A stretch of DNA of 64,000 nucleotides from Muribaculaceae bacterium (GCA_017449785.1 JAFTFA010000190.1:12342-76341), one strand, 5' to 3'. Counted from the first letter of the stretch, positions 35,232 to 45,636 are shown. A program made the numbers and translations. Notes: generated from the letters alone by a model not told the origin.

Positions 35232-38200
35232 TTAGAACGTAACATTTACACCAAATGTGAAGCTGGAAACGGCGGGAACGCTGTTCCAGTCGATACCCAC
35301 GGCACCAGAACCGCCAGTACCGCCAGCGGTGCTGACTTCAGGATCCATACCCTTGTAGTTGGTCCAGGTGAACAGGTTAGTGCCCGTGACATTCAGGGCA
35401 AGACGCTTAACCACCTTCTGCTTGTTGGCAATCAGACGGGTCAGGTCATAGGTGAGCGAGAGCGAGCGCAGCTTCAACCAGTTGACATCGGTGATGAAGT
35501 TGTAGCTGTTGCTGGCATAGTTGCTCCAGTAGCGCTGGATCATGTTGCGGCCCGAATAGGTCGTACCGTTGATGACATATTCCTGGTCGGCATAGTAGGT
35601 CTGCTCGAAGTCCTCACCGGTATTCCATACCTTACCCTTAACGGTAACCGACTCACGGTTGTTGAGGGTGGTGAGCTTGCTCAGACCGTTGGTAACCAGG
35701 CTGTACTCGGTACCGTTGTAAACGGCACCGCCAATGCGGAAGTCGAGCAGGAACGACAAGGTGAAGTCCTTAATGCGGAAGATGTTGTTCAGACCGCCGA
35801 TGAACTTGGGCTCACGGTTGGCGACAACCTCGTTGCTCGATGAATACAGATAGTACAGACCAGTGGTGGGGTCAACAGCATAGACGCCCGACTCCTTATC
35901 CTCGACGGGGGTCTTGCCGGCGTCATCCGAGAATACTACCTGGCCATCCTCCATCAACGGAGCATACTGGAAGCGAGAACCTACCATTGCCATGAACTTG
36001 CCACCGTTGGGCACCGAAGCCGAGCGGATGGTACCGAACTGGGCATCGGTCGGGTAGAACATACCCACGCCGTCCAGGAAGTCACCCAGCTTGCCGCGGT
36101 TGTAGGACATGTTCAGGATCACGTCCCAGTCAAAGTCGGCCGTCTGGATAGGACGGGCGTTGATGGCGATTTCCATACCCTGGTTGATAACCGAACCCGA
36201 GTTGATCGATGCGAAGATGTAACCGTTGGCGTTGGACAGACGCGGTGATGCAATCTGGTTCTTGGTAGAGCTGTGGTAGTAGGTCCAGTCAAGACCCAAG
36301 CGGTTGTTGAGGAAACGCAGCTCGGCACCGATTTCCCATGCGGTCTGGATCTCGGGCTTGAGGAACATGTTACCCTGGTAGTACTGGTTACCCACGCCCT
36401 GGAACTGGCCGTAAACCATCGGGTTGTTAAGGTAGGTCAGGGTTGCATACACGTTGGCATCCTTACCAACCTGGGCCCACGATGCGCGCAGCTTACCGAA
36501 TGACAGGATGTCGTTGTGAGGCATGAGCTCGGTGAAGACAAACGAGCCGCTCACCGAGGGATAGAAGTAGCTGCGCTCGTTGACGGGCAGCGTCGAGGAC
36601 CAGTCGTTGCGGCCGGTCACGGTCAGGAACACCATGTTGCGCCAGCTGGCACGGGCCTCACCGAAGACGCTCACCATGCGCTTGCGGCTGTTGCTGTCCT
36701 TGAAGAACTGGTTGTCGTCGGACATGTTGCTGAAGCTGATGGTGCCGGCGGTGATGAAGTTGTAGCCCCAGTGGTTCTGGTTCATGCGCTTGGTGTCGTC
36801 GGTGCTGGTACCCAGCATCAAGCCCAGATCCCAGTCGCCGAAGGTGTTGTGCCAGTCACTCATGATGTTGGTCGACAGGTACTCATAGCGGTAGTCGGCC
36901 TTGCTCAGACGACCGTTCTGGTAGAGCTCACGTGCTACCGATCCGGGAGCGATGTAGGTGTAGGCATCGGTGGTGTAGTTGTCATAGCCCATACGGCCGC
37001 TCACAGTCCACCAGTTGGCGATCTCAAACGACGCGTTCACAGCACCGGTAAAGCGCTGGGTCTTGTCGTAGATGTTGTTCATGTTGATGATCCAGTAGGG
37101 ATTCTCCTTATCATCGGCGAGAGACCAGATGCCGTCAAACAGGCGATACTTGCTGCCATCCTCGTTGAGATAGTGAGAAACGTCCTGGTCCAGAGGCCAA
37201 GAATACAGCGCGTTCATGGCACCGGTGCCCACAGGCGACTGCGAGCCTTCCCACAAGCCACCCGAGGTCAGGGTCTTGTTGGTCTTGGCGATGCTGTAGG
37301 TAACGTTGGCACCCACGGTCAAGCGATTGTACTTCTGCTCACCGTTGAAGCGAACCGTCGTCTTGTCATACTTGGTCTTGGGCACGATACCCTTCTGGTC
37401 ATAGTTGGAGAGCGACAGGTAGAAGGTCGAGTTGTTCGAGCCGCCGCTGATGCTCACGTTGTTGTCAAAGATGGTACCATTCTGGAAGAAGTTACCGATG
37501 TTGTCATAGATGGTCTCGCCGGTCTCGGCAAAGGGACGTCCCCATGAGCTGTAGGTCTGGTCATTGTAGGCACCATTGGTCGTGTAGGTACCGCGGCCAA
37601 ACTGCTTCTGCACCTCGGGCAGCTTGTTGGCCCATGAGGTGCTCACCTTGCCCGTGTAGTCCACACGAACGGTGCCCTGGGCACCCTTCTTGGTGGTGAT
37701 GATGATGGCACCGTCGGCAGCGCGGCTACCATACAGGGCGGCAGCGGCTGCACCCTTCAGTACCGAGAGGCTCTCGATATCCTCGGGGTTGATATCCATC
37801 ACACGGTTGGAGAAGGTGGTGGCATTGCGGGTGATACCGTCCTGGCCCGAGTTACCGAGCACCGTCGTCGAGTTGTCATAGATGATACCATCCACAACAA
37901 ACAGCGGGGTGTTGTCGCGACCCTCACTGGTCGAGTTGGCACCACGGATGATGATGCTGGCACCGGCACCGGCGGCACCACTGTTCTGGGTAACGTTCAC
38001 ACCGGGAACCTTACCTGCCAGCGAGTTGATGACGTTGGTGTTCTTGTTGCGCATCAGCTCCTCGCTCTTGAGGTCGGTCACATTGTAACCCAGCGCCTTG
38101 CGCTCCTTCTTGATACCGAGGGCGGTTACTACCACCTCATCGAGCAACTGGTTGCCCGACTCGTAGTTGATGTCCATCGTGTCGTTGCCCACGGTGACCT

Positions 38201-38486
38201 CAATGGGCTTGCTGCCCACATAGGAAACAACGAGGACGTCACCACGATTGGCGATGATTGAATACCTGCCGTCGACATCGGTAGCGGTACCGCGGTTGGT
38301 ACCCTTGACCTTGACGGTCGCGCCGATGAGGGGCTCACCTTGGGCGTCACGTATGACGCCAGTAACTTTGTTGGCTTGGGCAACGGCGGTGAAACCCGTG
38401 TTGGGCATGAACGAGTCCATCCCTACGGGTGCGCCACCGGCGATTGCCAGCGCGGCCAACAGTGCTAATTGTTTTTTCATACGCAC
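35232..38486 (-). CDS. SusC/RagA-family TonB-dependent transporter (canonical architecture)
   Basis: Carboxypeptidase-regulatory-like N-terminus (VTGVIRDAQGEPLIGATVKVKGTNRGTATDVDGRYS) and plug (LYGSRAADGAIIITTKKG). Ends on the terminal strand ...SSFTFGVNVTF followed by a stop. Confidence 0.95.
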   Translation of the reverse strand: MRMKKQLALLAALAIAGGAPVGMDSFMPNTGFTAVAQANKVTGVIRDAQGEPLIGATVKVKGTNRGTATDVDGRYSIIANRGDVLVVSYVGSKPIEVTVGNDTMDINYESGNQLLDEVVVTALGIKKERKALGYNVTDLKSEELMRNKNTNVINSLAGKVPGVNVTQNSGAAGAGASIIIRGANSTSEGRDNTPLFVVDGIIYDNSTTVLGNSGQDGITRNATTFSNRVMDINPEDIESLSVLKGAAAAALYGSRAADGAIIITTKKGAQGTVRVDYTGKVSTSWANKLPEVQKQFGRGTYTTNGAYNDQTYSSWGRPFAETGETIYDNIGNFFQNGTIFDNNVSISGGSNNSTFYLSLSNYDQKGIVPKTKYDKTTVRFNGEQKYNRLTVGANVTYSIAKTNKTLTSGGLWEGSQSPVGTGAMNALYSWPLDQDVSHYLNEDGSKYRLFDGIWSLADDKENPYWIINMNNIYDKTQRFTGAVNASFEIANWWTVSGRMGYDNYTTDAYTYIAPGSVARELYQNGRLSKADYRYEYLSTNIMSDWHNTFGDWDLGLMLGTSTDDTKRMNQNHWGYNFITAGTISFSNMSDDNQFFKDSNSRKRMVSVFGEARASWRNMVFLTVTGRNDWSSTLPVNERSYFYPSVSGSFVFTELMPHNDILSFGKLRASWAQVGKDANVYATLTYLNNPMVYGQFQGVGNQYYQGNMFLKPEIQTAWEIGAELRFLNNRLGLDWTYYHSSTKNQIASPRLSNANGYIFASINSGSVINQGMEIAINARPIQTADFDWDVILNMSYNRGKLGDFLDGVGMFYPTDAQFGTIRSASVPNGGKFMAMVGSRFQYAPLMEDGQVVFSDDAGKTPVEDKESGVYAVDPTTGLYYLYSSSNEVVANREPKFIGGLNNIFRIKDFTLSFLLDFRIGGAVYNGTEYSLVTNGLSKLTTLNNRESVTVKGKVWNTGEDFEQTYYADQEYVINGTTYSGRNMIQRYWSNYASNSYNFITDVNWLKLRSLSLTYDLTRLIANKQKVVKRLALNVTGTNLFTWTNYKGMDPEVSTAGGTGGSGAVGIDWNSVPAVSSFTFGVNVTF

Positions 38487-38922
38487 TTACTTTTAATTTT
38501 ACAATAAATATGAAATATAATGACTATATTTTGTTGTTGTCTCTAATTTTCATCATCTAGATGGGTTCCCATGGGCATTAGATTCTGCCTCCAGGCGATC
38601 TCTGTCACGAGATACACGTCCCAAAGGAAAGGCAAATTTGCAAATAAAAATTAATCTGACCAAAACTTTAGCCGAAAAAATGATGTTTGATGACCGAAAA
38701 CAGTAATAATTTCTCAGAAAATTATGTATCCTGTACAGTTTTTTATAGTTTTTAACGTTTGTGTTTGTAAAAAGACGCCGATTTTTTGGCTATTTCAAAA
38801 AATTTATAGAATTTTGCGCCTTGTTAAAAAATGATAACCCGCGCGTGCCGTGCGCGGGAAGGCAAAAGTGTGAGAAGATAGCGAATTTACAAATATTAAT
38901 ATTAACAAATTTAAACGTGCTT

Positions 38923-41900
38923 ATGAAAAGACATTTAGCTCTTTTGGGCGCAATGATGATGCTGTGCGGTACTGGGTACCAGGCACAAGCTACACCTGCG
39001 CCCCAGGTGACGGCCAATGCCGCCACCGGCATTGTGACAGGCCGCGTTGTCGATGAGCAGGGAGAACCCGTCATCGGCGCCAGCATTGTCGAGGTTGGAA
39101 CGACCCGTGGCACATCGACCGATGTGAATGGTAACTTCTCGTTGCGGGCAGGCACCAATGCCAAGCTCCAGATTTCGTTTATCGGCTACAAGACGGTGAC
39201 CACCCGCGCCACAGCGGGCATGAACGTCGTCATGGCCGAGGATAAGGCCTTGCTTGACGAGGTCGTTGTAGTGGGCTACGGCACCCAGAAGAAGGTGAAC
39301 CTCACCGGTGCCGTGTCGACCGTGGATGTCGATAAGACCTTCAATTCACGTCCCGAGCAGGATGTGTCGCGCGCCTTGCAGGGTGCTGTTCCTGGCCTGA
39401 GCATTATCAACGCCAGCGGTGACATCGATGGCAATCCCACGATGCGCATCCGCGGCGTGGGCACGCTGAGCAACAACCAGAACACCTCGCCCATGATCGT
39501 CATCGACGGTGTCGTGAGCGACATGGACGGACTGCAGCTGCTCAACGGCAACGATATCGCCTCGGTTTCGGTACTCAAGGACGCCGCCTCGTCGTCGATC
39601 TATGGTACCCGTGCTGCATTTGGTGTGCTGTTGATTACCACCAAGAGTGGCCAGAAGGGCGAGCATGCCTCGGTGACCTACTCTAACAACTTCGGTTGGG
39701 ACGATCCCACCTACCTGCCCGACTATCCTGATGTCCCCACCCAGTTGAAGTCTGCCATCATGGCCAAGAAGCGTGAGGGCTCGGACGCTGTCGAGCTCTT
39801 CGGTATGTACTTCGACCAGTTGCTGCCCTATGCCGAGGCATGGCAGAAGCAGAATGGCGGCAAGAAGATCGGTTATGGCGTGATGCGCCCCTGGGTGAGC
39901 GACGGTGACGTGGGTGACTACCGCTTCATCGGCAGCCAGCCCATGTACTATGCCGACTATGACATCCAGAACATCTGGTACAACCATGCCGCTCCCTCTC
40001 AGGGCCACAACGTGTCGGTGCGCGGTGCCAGCAACCGCACCACCTATTATCTGTCCTTTGGTTACAACTACAAGGAGGATAACATGAAGTGGAATCCCGC
40101 TATGCGTAAGCGCTACAACGCTGCTGCCAACATCTCGACCGACTTGACCGACTGGTTGACCGTTGGTACCCGCATCAACTTCTCGCGCCGCCACTTCTCG
40201 CGTGCCGATACCTGGAACAACATGTACCAGTACATCTGGCGCTGGGGCTCGTTCTTTATCCCCAGCGGCACGATTGCCGATCCCACCACGGGTGAGCAGC
40301 TCGACTTCCGCGTGATCGCCATGCAGAAGCAGGCCGCCCGCAAGAACGTGACCATGGATCGCCTGAGCATGACCGCCTTCACCACCGTGCACATCACCAA
40401 GGACCTGACCTTGAATGCCGACTTCACCTATGAGATCGGTAACATGAACAGCGGTTCGAGTGACCACACCGTTTACGGCTACAACTGGAGCGGTGTCACC
40501 CCGCAGTGGATTGTCAACGACGGCAACACCAACGCCTGGCGCGACAACAGCAAGAGCAACAAGTGGGCTGCCAACGCAACCCTGAACTGGAACAAGAGCT
40601 TCAATGATGCCCACAACTTCAACATCATGGTGGGTGTCAATGGCGACAACTACACCAGCGACTACTTCTATGCCTACAAGCCCCAGCTCTATAGCGAGGC
40701 TTATCCCGAGATGGCGCTGGCCTATGGCGACCAGACCAAGTGGAACATCAACAGCAGCACCTACGACAAGGCTACTGCCGGCTACTTTGGCCGCATCAAC
40801 TATGACTACAAGGGCATCTACCTGCTCGAGTTGAATGGCCGTTACGACGGCTCGTCGAGCTTCCCCGTGAATGACCATTGGGCATTCTTCCCCTCGGGTT
40901 CGGTGGGCTACCGCTTCACTCAGGAGAAGTATTGGGACCGCCTGCGCCACATCGTGGATAACGGTAAGCTGCGTTTCTCTTACGGTACCATCGGAAACGA
41001 GGCCGTCGGCGAGAACCAGTTCCAGTCGCTCATCAGCCCCATTTCTCAGAGCTACATTTACTGGCTTAACGAGAATGGTGCCAAGGTGACCGAGCTGGGT
41101 CTCCCCAGCTGGGTGAACTCCTCACTGACCTGGGAGCGCATCACCACCATGGACGCAGGTATCGACCTGGGCCTGTTTGGTGACGTGCTCACGATGGGCT
41201 TTGACTGGTACCAGCGCACGACCAGCGACATGCTCGGTCCTGGTACCGCACTGCCTCCCGCTGTGGGTGCCGCCGCTCCTGTGACCAACAATGGTGAGCT
41301 GCGCACACGCGGTTGGGAAGCCACTCTGGACCTGCGCAAGCAGTTCAACAAGGACTTCGGCGCCTACTTCAGTGCCAGCGTTGGTGACGCTAAGACCAAG
41401 GTGACCAAGTGGAACAACGACTCTCACCTGATCGGCTATCCTTGCAACAGTGCCTATGCCTATGAGGGCATGACCTGGGGTGACATCTGGGGCTTTGAGA
41501 CCGACCGCTACTTCACCGAGCGTGACTTCAACGGCAAGAACGCCGACGGTTCATGGAACTATGCTCCCGGCGTTGCCGATCAGACCGGCATCCAGACCCA
41601 AACCTTCGTCTTTGGCCCTGGTGACATCAAGTACAAGGACCTGGACAACAATGGTGTGATCGACGGTGGCAAGGGCACTCAGGAGGATCATGGTGACCTC
41701 AAGGTTATCGGTAACATGATGCCCCGCTATGAGTACAGCTTCCACGTTGGTGGTAACTTCAAGGGCTTTGACCTGGATGTATTCTTCCAGGGTGTGGGCA
41801 AGCGTGAGATGTGGACCCAGTCAGCCTTTGTATTCCCGATGATGCGTTCGGCCGACTTGGCTATCTTTGCCAACCAGACCAAGTACAATATCTATGATCC

Positions 41901-42840
41901 CGAGAATGGCGTTGTCAACATCAGCGAGGATAACGACTTCCCGTGCCTGTTCCCCGGCAACGAGTATGCCGGTAACGTGGTAGGTCTCTCGGGTGAAGGC
42001 GGCTGCCACAACTACTATCCCCAGACCAAGTATCTCGTTGACATGAGCTACCTGCGCCTCAAGAACATCACGCTGGGTTACACCCTGCCCGAGAACTTGA
42101 CCCGCAAGGCCTTTATTGAGAAACTGCGTGTTTACGGTAGTGTGAACAACCTGTGCCTGCTGCACAAGGGCAGCGGTGACCTCCCCATCGATCCCGAGAT
42201 GAACGCCGGACAGGGCTCTCTGGGTTACGGTACTTGGGGCCGCACCTATCCCATCAACCGCACCTGGTCTGTAGGTCTGCAAGTGACCTTCGGTACCAAC
42301 CGCAGTGCTGCCGTAGCCGTTACTGGCGACAACAGCGCCTTGAACGCTCAGATCAACGCCCTGCGCTCACAGCTCGCCGATGTCGAGAACAGCTACAATG
42401 CCCGCATCGCCGACCTGCAGAACCAGCTCAACGCAGCCAACAACCGCAACGCTCAGCTCCAGAAGGACCTCAACGACTGCCAGAAGAGCAAGAGCGGCAT
42501 GATCGACAAGTCGCTGCAGTACATGACCATCCTGGTTCACTTCCCCGTGAACAAGACTGCCGTGAGCGCCGACCAGCAGCCCAACGTGGAGCGCATCGCC
42601 GCTTACATGAAGAGCCATCCCGAGGCCAGCTGCACCATCAACGGCTATGCCTCCAAGGACGGCCCCGCCGACCACAATATCAAGCTCGCTGAGGGCCGTG
42701 CCGCCAGCGTGAAGGATATGCTCGTTAAGAAGTATGGCATCGACGCCAAGCGCATCAACGCACAGGGCCAGGGCATCAGCAACATGTTTGATGAACTGAG
42801 CTGGAACCGCGTTTCTATCTGCGAGATCATCGTGAAGTAA
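38923..42840 (+). CDS. SusC/RagA-family TonB-dependent transporter with a C-terminal coiled-coil + OmpA-like extension (1305 aa)
   Basis: Signal peptide MKRHLALLGAMMMLCGTGYQAQA. CarbopepD-like domain and plug (IYGTRAAFGVLLITTKSG). The barrel ends ...WSVGLQVTF at 42291 and 182 more codons follow. The ATG at 38923 is preferred over the ORF-track start at 38761. Confidence 0.9.
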   Translation: MKRHLALLGAMMMLCGTGYQAQATPAPQVTANAATGIVTGRVVDEQGEPVIGASIVEVGTTRGTSTDVNGNFSLRAGTNAKLQISFIGYKTVTTRATAGMNVVMAEDKALLDEVVVVGYGTQKKVNLTGAVSTVDVDKTFNSRPEQDVSRALQGAVPGLSIINASGDIDGNPTMRIRGVGTLSNNQNTSPMIVIDGVVSDMDGLQLLNGNDIASVSVLKDAASSSIYGTRAAFGVLLITTKSGQKGEHASVTYSNNFGWDDPTYLPDYPDVPTQLKSAIMAKKREGSDAVELFGMYFDQLLPYAEAWQKQNGGKKIGYGVMRPWVSDGDVGDYRFIGSQPMYYADYDIQNIWYNHAAPSQGHNVSVRGASNRTTYYLSFGYNYKEDNMKWNPAMRKRYNAAANISTDLTDWLTVGTRINFSRRHFSRADTWNNMYQYIWRWGSFFIPSGTIADPTTGEQLDFRVIAMQKQAARKNVTMDRLSMTAFTTVHITKDLTLNADFTYEIGNMNSGSSDHTVYGYNWSGVTPQWIVNDGNTNAWRDNSKSNKWAANATLNWNKSFNDAHNFNIMVGVNGDNYTSDYFYAYKPQLYSEAYPEMALAYGDQTKWNINSSTYDKATAGYFGRINYDYKGIYLLELNGRYDGSSSFPVNDHWAFFPSGSVGYRFTQEKYWDRLRHIVDNGKLRFSYGTIGNEAVGENQFQSLISPISQSYIYWLNENGAKVTELGLPSWVNSSLTWERITTMDAGIDLGLFGDVLTMGFDWYQRTTSDMLGPGTALPPAVGAAAPVTNNGELRTRGWEATLDLRKQFNKDFGAYFSASVGDAKTKVTKWNNDSHLIGYPCNSAYAYEGMTWGDIWGFETDRYFTERDFNGKNADGSWNYAPGVADQTGIQTQTFVFGPGDIKYKDLDNNGVIDGGKGTQEDHGDLKVIGNMMPRYEYSFHVGGNFKGFDLDVFFQGVGKREMWTQSAFVFPMMRSADLAIFANQTKYNIYDPENGVVNISEDNDFPCLFPGNEYAGNVVGLSGEGGCHNYYPQTKYLVDMSYLRLKNITLGYTLPENLTRKAFIEKLRVYGSVNNLCLLHKGSGDLPIDPEMNAGQGSLGYGTWGRTYPINRTWSVGLQVTFGTNRSAAVAVTGDNSALNAQINALRSQLADVENSYNARIADLQNQLNAANNRNAQLQKDLNDCQKSKSGMIDKSLQYMTILVHFPVNKTAVSADQQPNVERIAAYMKSHPEASCTINGYASKDGPADHNIKLAEGRAASVKDMLVKKYGIDAKRINAQGQGISNMFDELSWNRVSICEIIVK
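42292..42837 (+). other. In-frame C-terminal extension: coiled-coil-like segment + OmpA_C-like domain
   Basis: ALNAQINALRSQLADVENSYNARIADLQNQLNAANNRNAQLQKDLNDC, then INGYASKDGPADHNIKLAEGRAASVKDMLVKKYGIDAKRINAQGQG...NRV. Confidence 0.7.
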
Positions 42841-42964
42841 GGTTAAACTGAGTTTTAAGTTGTAAGTTTTAAGTTGTAAGTAATATTACCGAATGACGAT
42901 ACAGTTACAGGCGATACAAACCATACTTAAAACTAACAACTAACAACTAAAAACTTAAAAAAAT

Positions 42965-44677
42965 ATGAAATTATTGAAATCAATTATACTGTGTGGACTG
43001 GGTGCTGCTGTTATCTCGCTGTCGTCTTGTGACGACATGCTCACCAAGAGCGAACGCACCAAGTTTGAGCTCGGACCTGAGTTCTGGAGCAATGCCAATC
43101 AGGTCGCCAGCTATAGCAATGTCCTGTATGAGAACTATACTGGATATGGAACAGGTGGTGGCGCTGGCTGGTTCTATTTCAAGAGTTTGAGCGACGACCA
43201 GGTGAATCCCAGCTTTGATAACTGGATGTTCACCACGGTTCCCGGCACCTCGACCTACTGGAGCACGCCTTATACCGAGATTCGCCGCTGCAACTATATG
43301 TTGACCGGCTTGCAGAGCTCGACCCTCGCTGAGGGCGAGAAGAGCTATTATGTAGCTGTTGGCCGCTTGAATCGCGCCTGGCAGTACTATCAGCTCGTGC
43401 GCATGTACGGTGATGTCAACATGCTCGATGAGGTCATCCTTGATCCCGAGGCTCAGAGCGATGTTGTCTATGGTCCCCGCACCGACCGTGACGTGGTCAT
43501 GGACTTCGTGCTCGAGGATCTGAACTATGCTGTTCAGAACCTGGGTGCCGGCGGCAAGAATTCCTGGAGCAAGGATATGGCCCTGGCCATGAAGAGCGAC
43601 ATCTGCCTGTTTGAGGGTACCTATTGCAAGTACCGCACTGTTGAGGACAACGGCAAGGCTGCCGATGCTACCCGTGCCCAGAAGTTCCTCAATGAGTGCG
43701 TTGATGCCTCGCAGCAGCTGATGAACTCGGGCAAGTACAGCCTTACCGCCAACTATGGCGAGGTCTATAACTCGCTCGACCTGAGCAAGAGCAGTGAGGT
43801 CATCTTCTTCCGCAACTACGTGAAGGATCAGCTCATGCACTCGACTGCCGACTATACAGCATCGTCGTCACAGCAGCGCGGTATCAGCAAGGACGCTGTC
43901 GATGCCTTCCTCTTCCTGGATGGCAAGCCCCTGGCAACCACTGCCTATAACACCGATGATCATCCCGTGCTCGATCCGTCGAACAATGCCTACAGCATCC
44001 AGAGCATGCTGTCGCGCCGCGACAAGCGCCTGAGCGTGCTGCTCGATCCGTATCTGTGCTTCAAGGGTCATGGTTGGGTGCGTTCCAACTCCATGCTCAT
44101 GACGTCATCTACTGGCTACAACATCGCCAAGTATGACAACACGGCTATGGAAGTGGATTACCGCATCAACACCGGCAAGAACTATACCGACGCTCCCATC
44201 TATTGGCTGGCAGTCATCTATCTGAACTACGCCGAGGCTAAGGCCGAGTTGGGCACCATCAACCAGACTGATCTGGATGCCAGTGTCAACAAGCTGCAGG
44301 CCCGCGCCGGTCTGCCCGCTATGAGCTTGACACCTGCTGCCGACCCCGCCAACAATATGGGTGTTAGCGACCTGTTGTGGGAAATCCGCCGTACGCGCCG
44401 CTGCGAGCTCATGGCCGACAACTGGTACCGTTATTGGGACCTCGTTCGCTGGCACAAGCTTGACCTCCTCGACTCACAGGCTCATCCCAACATCAACCGC
44501 GGTGCCTTCCTGGCTGGTGTGGCCGACCTGGACGAGACCTTCAACCTGGATGCAGATGGCTATGTGATCCCCGTGAGCACACTGCGCACCTTCGACAAGA
44601 AGTATTACCTGTGCCCCATTCCCAGCAACCAGATCACGCTGAGCAAGGGTGCCACAAGTCAGAATCCTGGCTGGTAA
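42965..44677 (+). CDS. SusD/RagB-family lipoprotein
   Basis: MKLLKSIILCGLGAAVISLSSCDD lipobox. 570 aa. SusD-like C-terminus (LLWEIRRTRRCELMADNWYRYWDLVRW). Confidence 0.9.
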   Translation: MKLLKSIILCGLGAAVISLSSCDDMLTKSERTKFELGPEFWSNANQVASYSNVLYENYTGYGTGGGAGWFYFKSLSDDQVNPSFDNWMFTTVPGTSTYWSTPYTEIRRCNYMLTGLQSSTLAEGEKSYYVAVGRLNRAWQYYQLVRMYGDVNMLDEVILDPEAQSDVVYGPRTDRDVVMDFVLEDLNYAVQNLGAGGKNSWSKDMALAMKSDICLFEGTYCKYRTVEDNGKAADATRAQKFLNECVDASQQLMNSGKYSLTANYGEVYNSLDLSKSSEVIFFRNYVKDQLMHSTADYTASSSQQRGISKDAVDAFLFLDGKPLATTAYNTDDHPVLDPSNNAYSIQSMLSRRDKRLSVLLDPYLCFKGHGWVRSNSMLMTSSTGYNIAKYDNTAMEVDYRINTGKNYTDAPIYWLAVIYLNYAEAKAELGTINQTDLDASVNKLQARAGLPAMSLTPAADPANNMGVSDLLWEIRRTRRCELMADNWYRYWDLVRWHKLDLLDSQAHPNINRGAFLAGVADLDETFNLDADGYVIPVSTLRTFDKKYYLCPIPSNQITLSKGATSQNPGW

Positions 44678-44739
44678 TTCAGGCTTCAGGTGTCAGGTAT
44701 CAGGTTTAGGCCTTCCTGACAACTGACCAATAAAACTAC

Positions 44740-44781
44740 TGCCGCCGCGTCGATTCATCTCGACACGGCGGCAATGTTTTT
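44740..44781 (+). terminator. Rho-independent terminator after SusD
   Basis: TGCCGCCGCGTCG - ATTCATC - TCGACACGGCGGCA followed by ATGTTTTT. Confidence 0.65.
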
Positions 44782-44819
44782 ACTCTCCCTTTCTAGTCTA
44801 TCTAGACTATCTAGAACTG

Positions 44820-45572
44820 TTACTGGTAGTCCCTGATGCGGACGTCGATGCCGCTGCCGTCAAGGAGCTTGACCACCTGCTGGATGTCGGTCTGGCCGTA
44901 GTGGTAGGGGAACAGCACGGCGGGCTTCACCATCGTGGCGGCGTGGGCACACTGCTCGGGAGTCATCGTGAAGGGCAGGTTGCAGGGCAGGAAGGCCACG
45001 TCGATGTCCTTGATCGAGGCCATCTCGGGGATGTCCTCGGTGTCGCCGGCGATGTAGATGCGCATGCCCTCAATCGTCAGCACAAAGCCGTTGTCGCGAC
45101 CCCGGGGGTGGAACTGCAGCTTGTCGGGCGAGTTGTTGTAGGCCGGCACGGCCTCCACCGTCCAGCCCTCGGCCAGCGTGCGGCTGTCGCCATTGGCCAT
45201 CACGTCGCCCTTGCCGCCCAGCAGGTCGTGGCAGCGGGCATTGGTGATCAGGACGGTGCCCTGCTTGCTCAACTGGTTGATAGCCACCGAGTCCAGGTGG
45301 TCAAAGTGCTCGTGCGTCACCAGGATGTAGTCGGCCTGGGGCAGGGTAGAGTAGTCGGTCTCGGGCTTGACCGCCGTCGTCACGGGATCGACATAGATCC
45401 ACTTGTCACCCACCTGCATCCTCACGCTGCCGTGCTTGATGCAATACATTTTCACCGTTGTCCCGTTCTGGGTCTTGAACACGTCACAACCGCGCTCATT
45501 GTTCTCCTGGGCCGTGCAACCGCACAGTGACCCGACAATCATCATCGCCATAACAAAAAATTTTACTTTCAT
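44820..45572 (-). CDS. MBL-fold metallo-hydrolase, secreted or lipoprotein
   Basis: HEHFDHLD motif. Signal MKVKFFVMAMMIVGSLCGCTA. Confidence 0.85.
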   Translation of the reverse strand: MKVKFFVMAMMIVGSLCGCTAQENNERGCDVFKTQNGTTVKMYCIKHGSVRMQVGDKWIYVDPVTTAVKPETDYSTLPQADYILVTHEHFDHLDSVAINQLSKQGTVLITNARCHDLLGGKGDVMANGDSRTLAEGWTVEAVPAYNNSPDKLQFHPRGRDNGFVLTIEGMRIYIAGDTEDIPEMASIKDIDVAFLPCNLPFTMTPEQCAHAATMVKPAVLFPYHYGQTDIQQVVKLLDGSGIDVRIRDYQ

Positions 45573-45628
45573 CTTTTATTTTAAAAAAATCGATAATTTG
45601 GGCTGATAGAATCTGGTTTCTTGCCCTC

Positions 45629-45636
45629 CAAAGGTA
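45629..45636 (-). promoter_or_regulatory. -7 promoter box (minus strand)
   Basis: CAAAGGTA on the plus strand, 57 nt upstream of the start at 45572. Confidence 0.4.

Noticed and set aside
38761-38922. N-terminal 54-codon extension of the tailed SusC offered by the ORF track
   Set aside because: The extension covers the AT-rich promoter region and the GC hairpin and has no signal peptide. A canonical signal peptide (MKRHLALLGAMMMLCG...) starts at the ATG at 38923.
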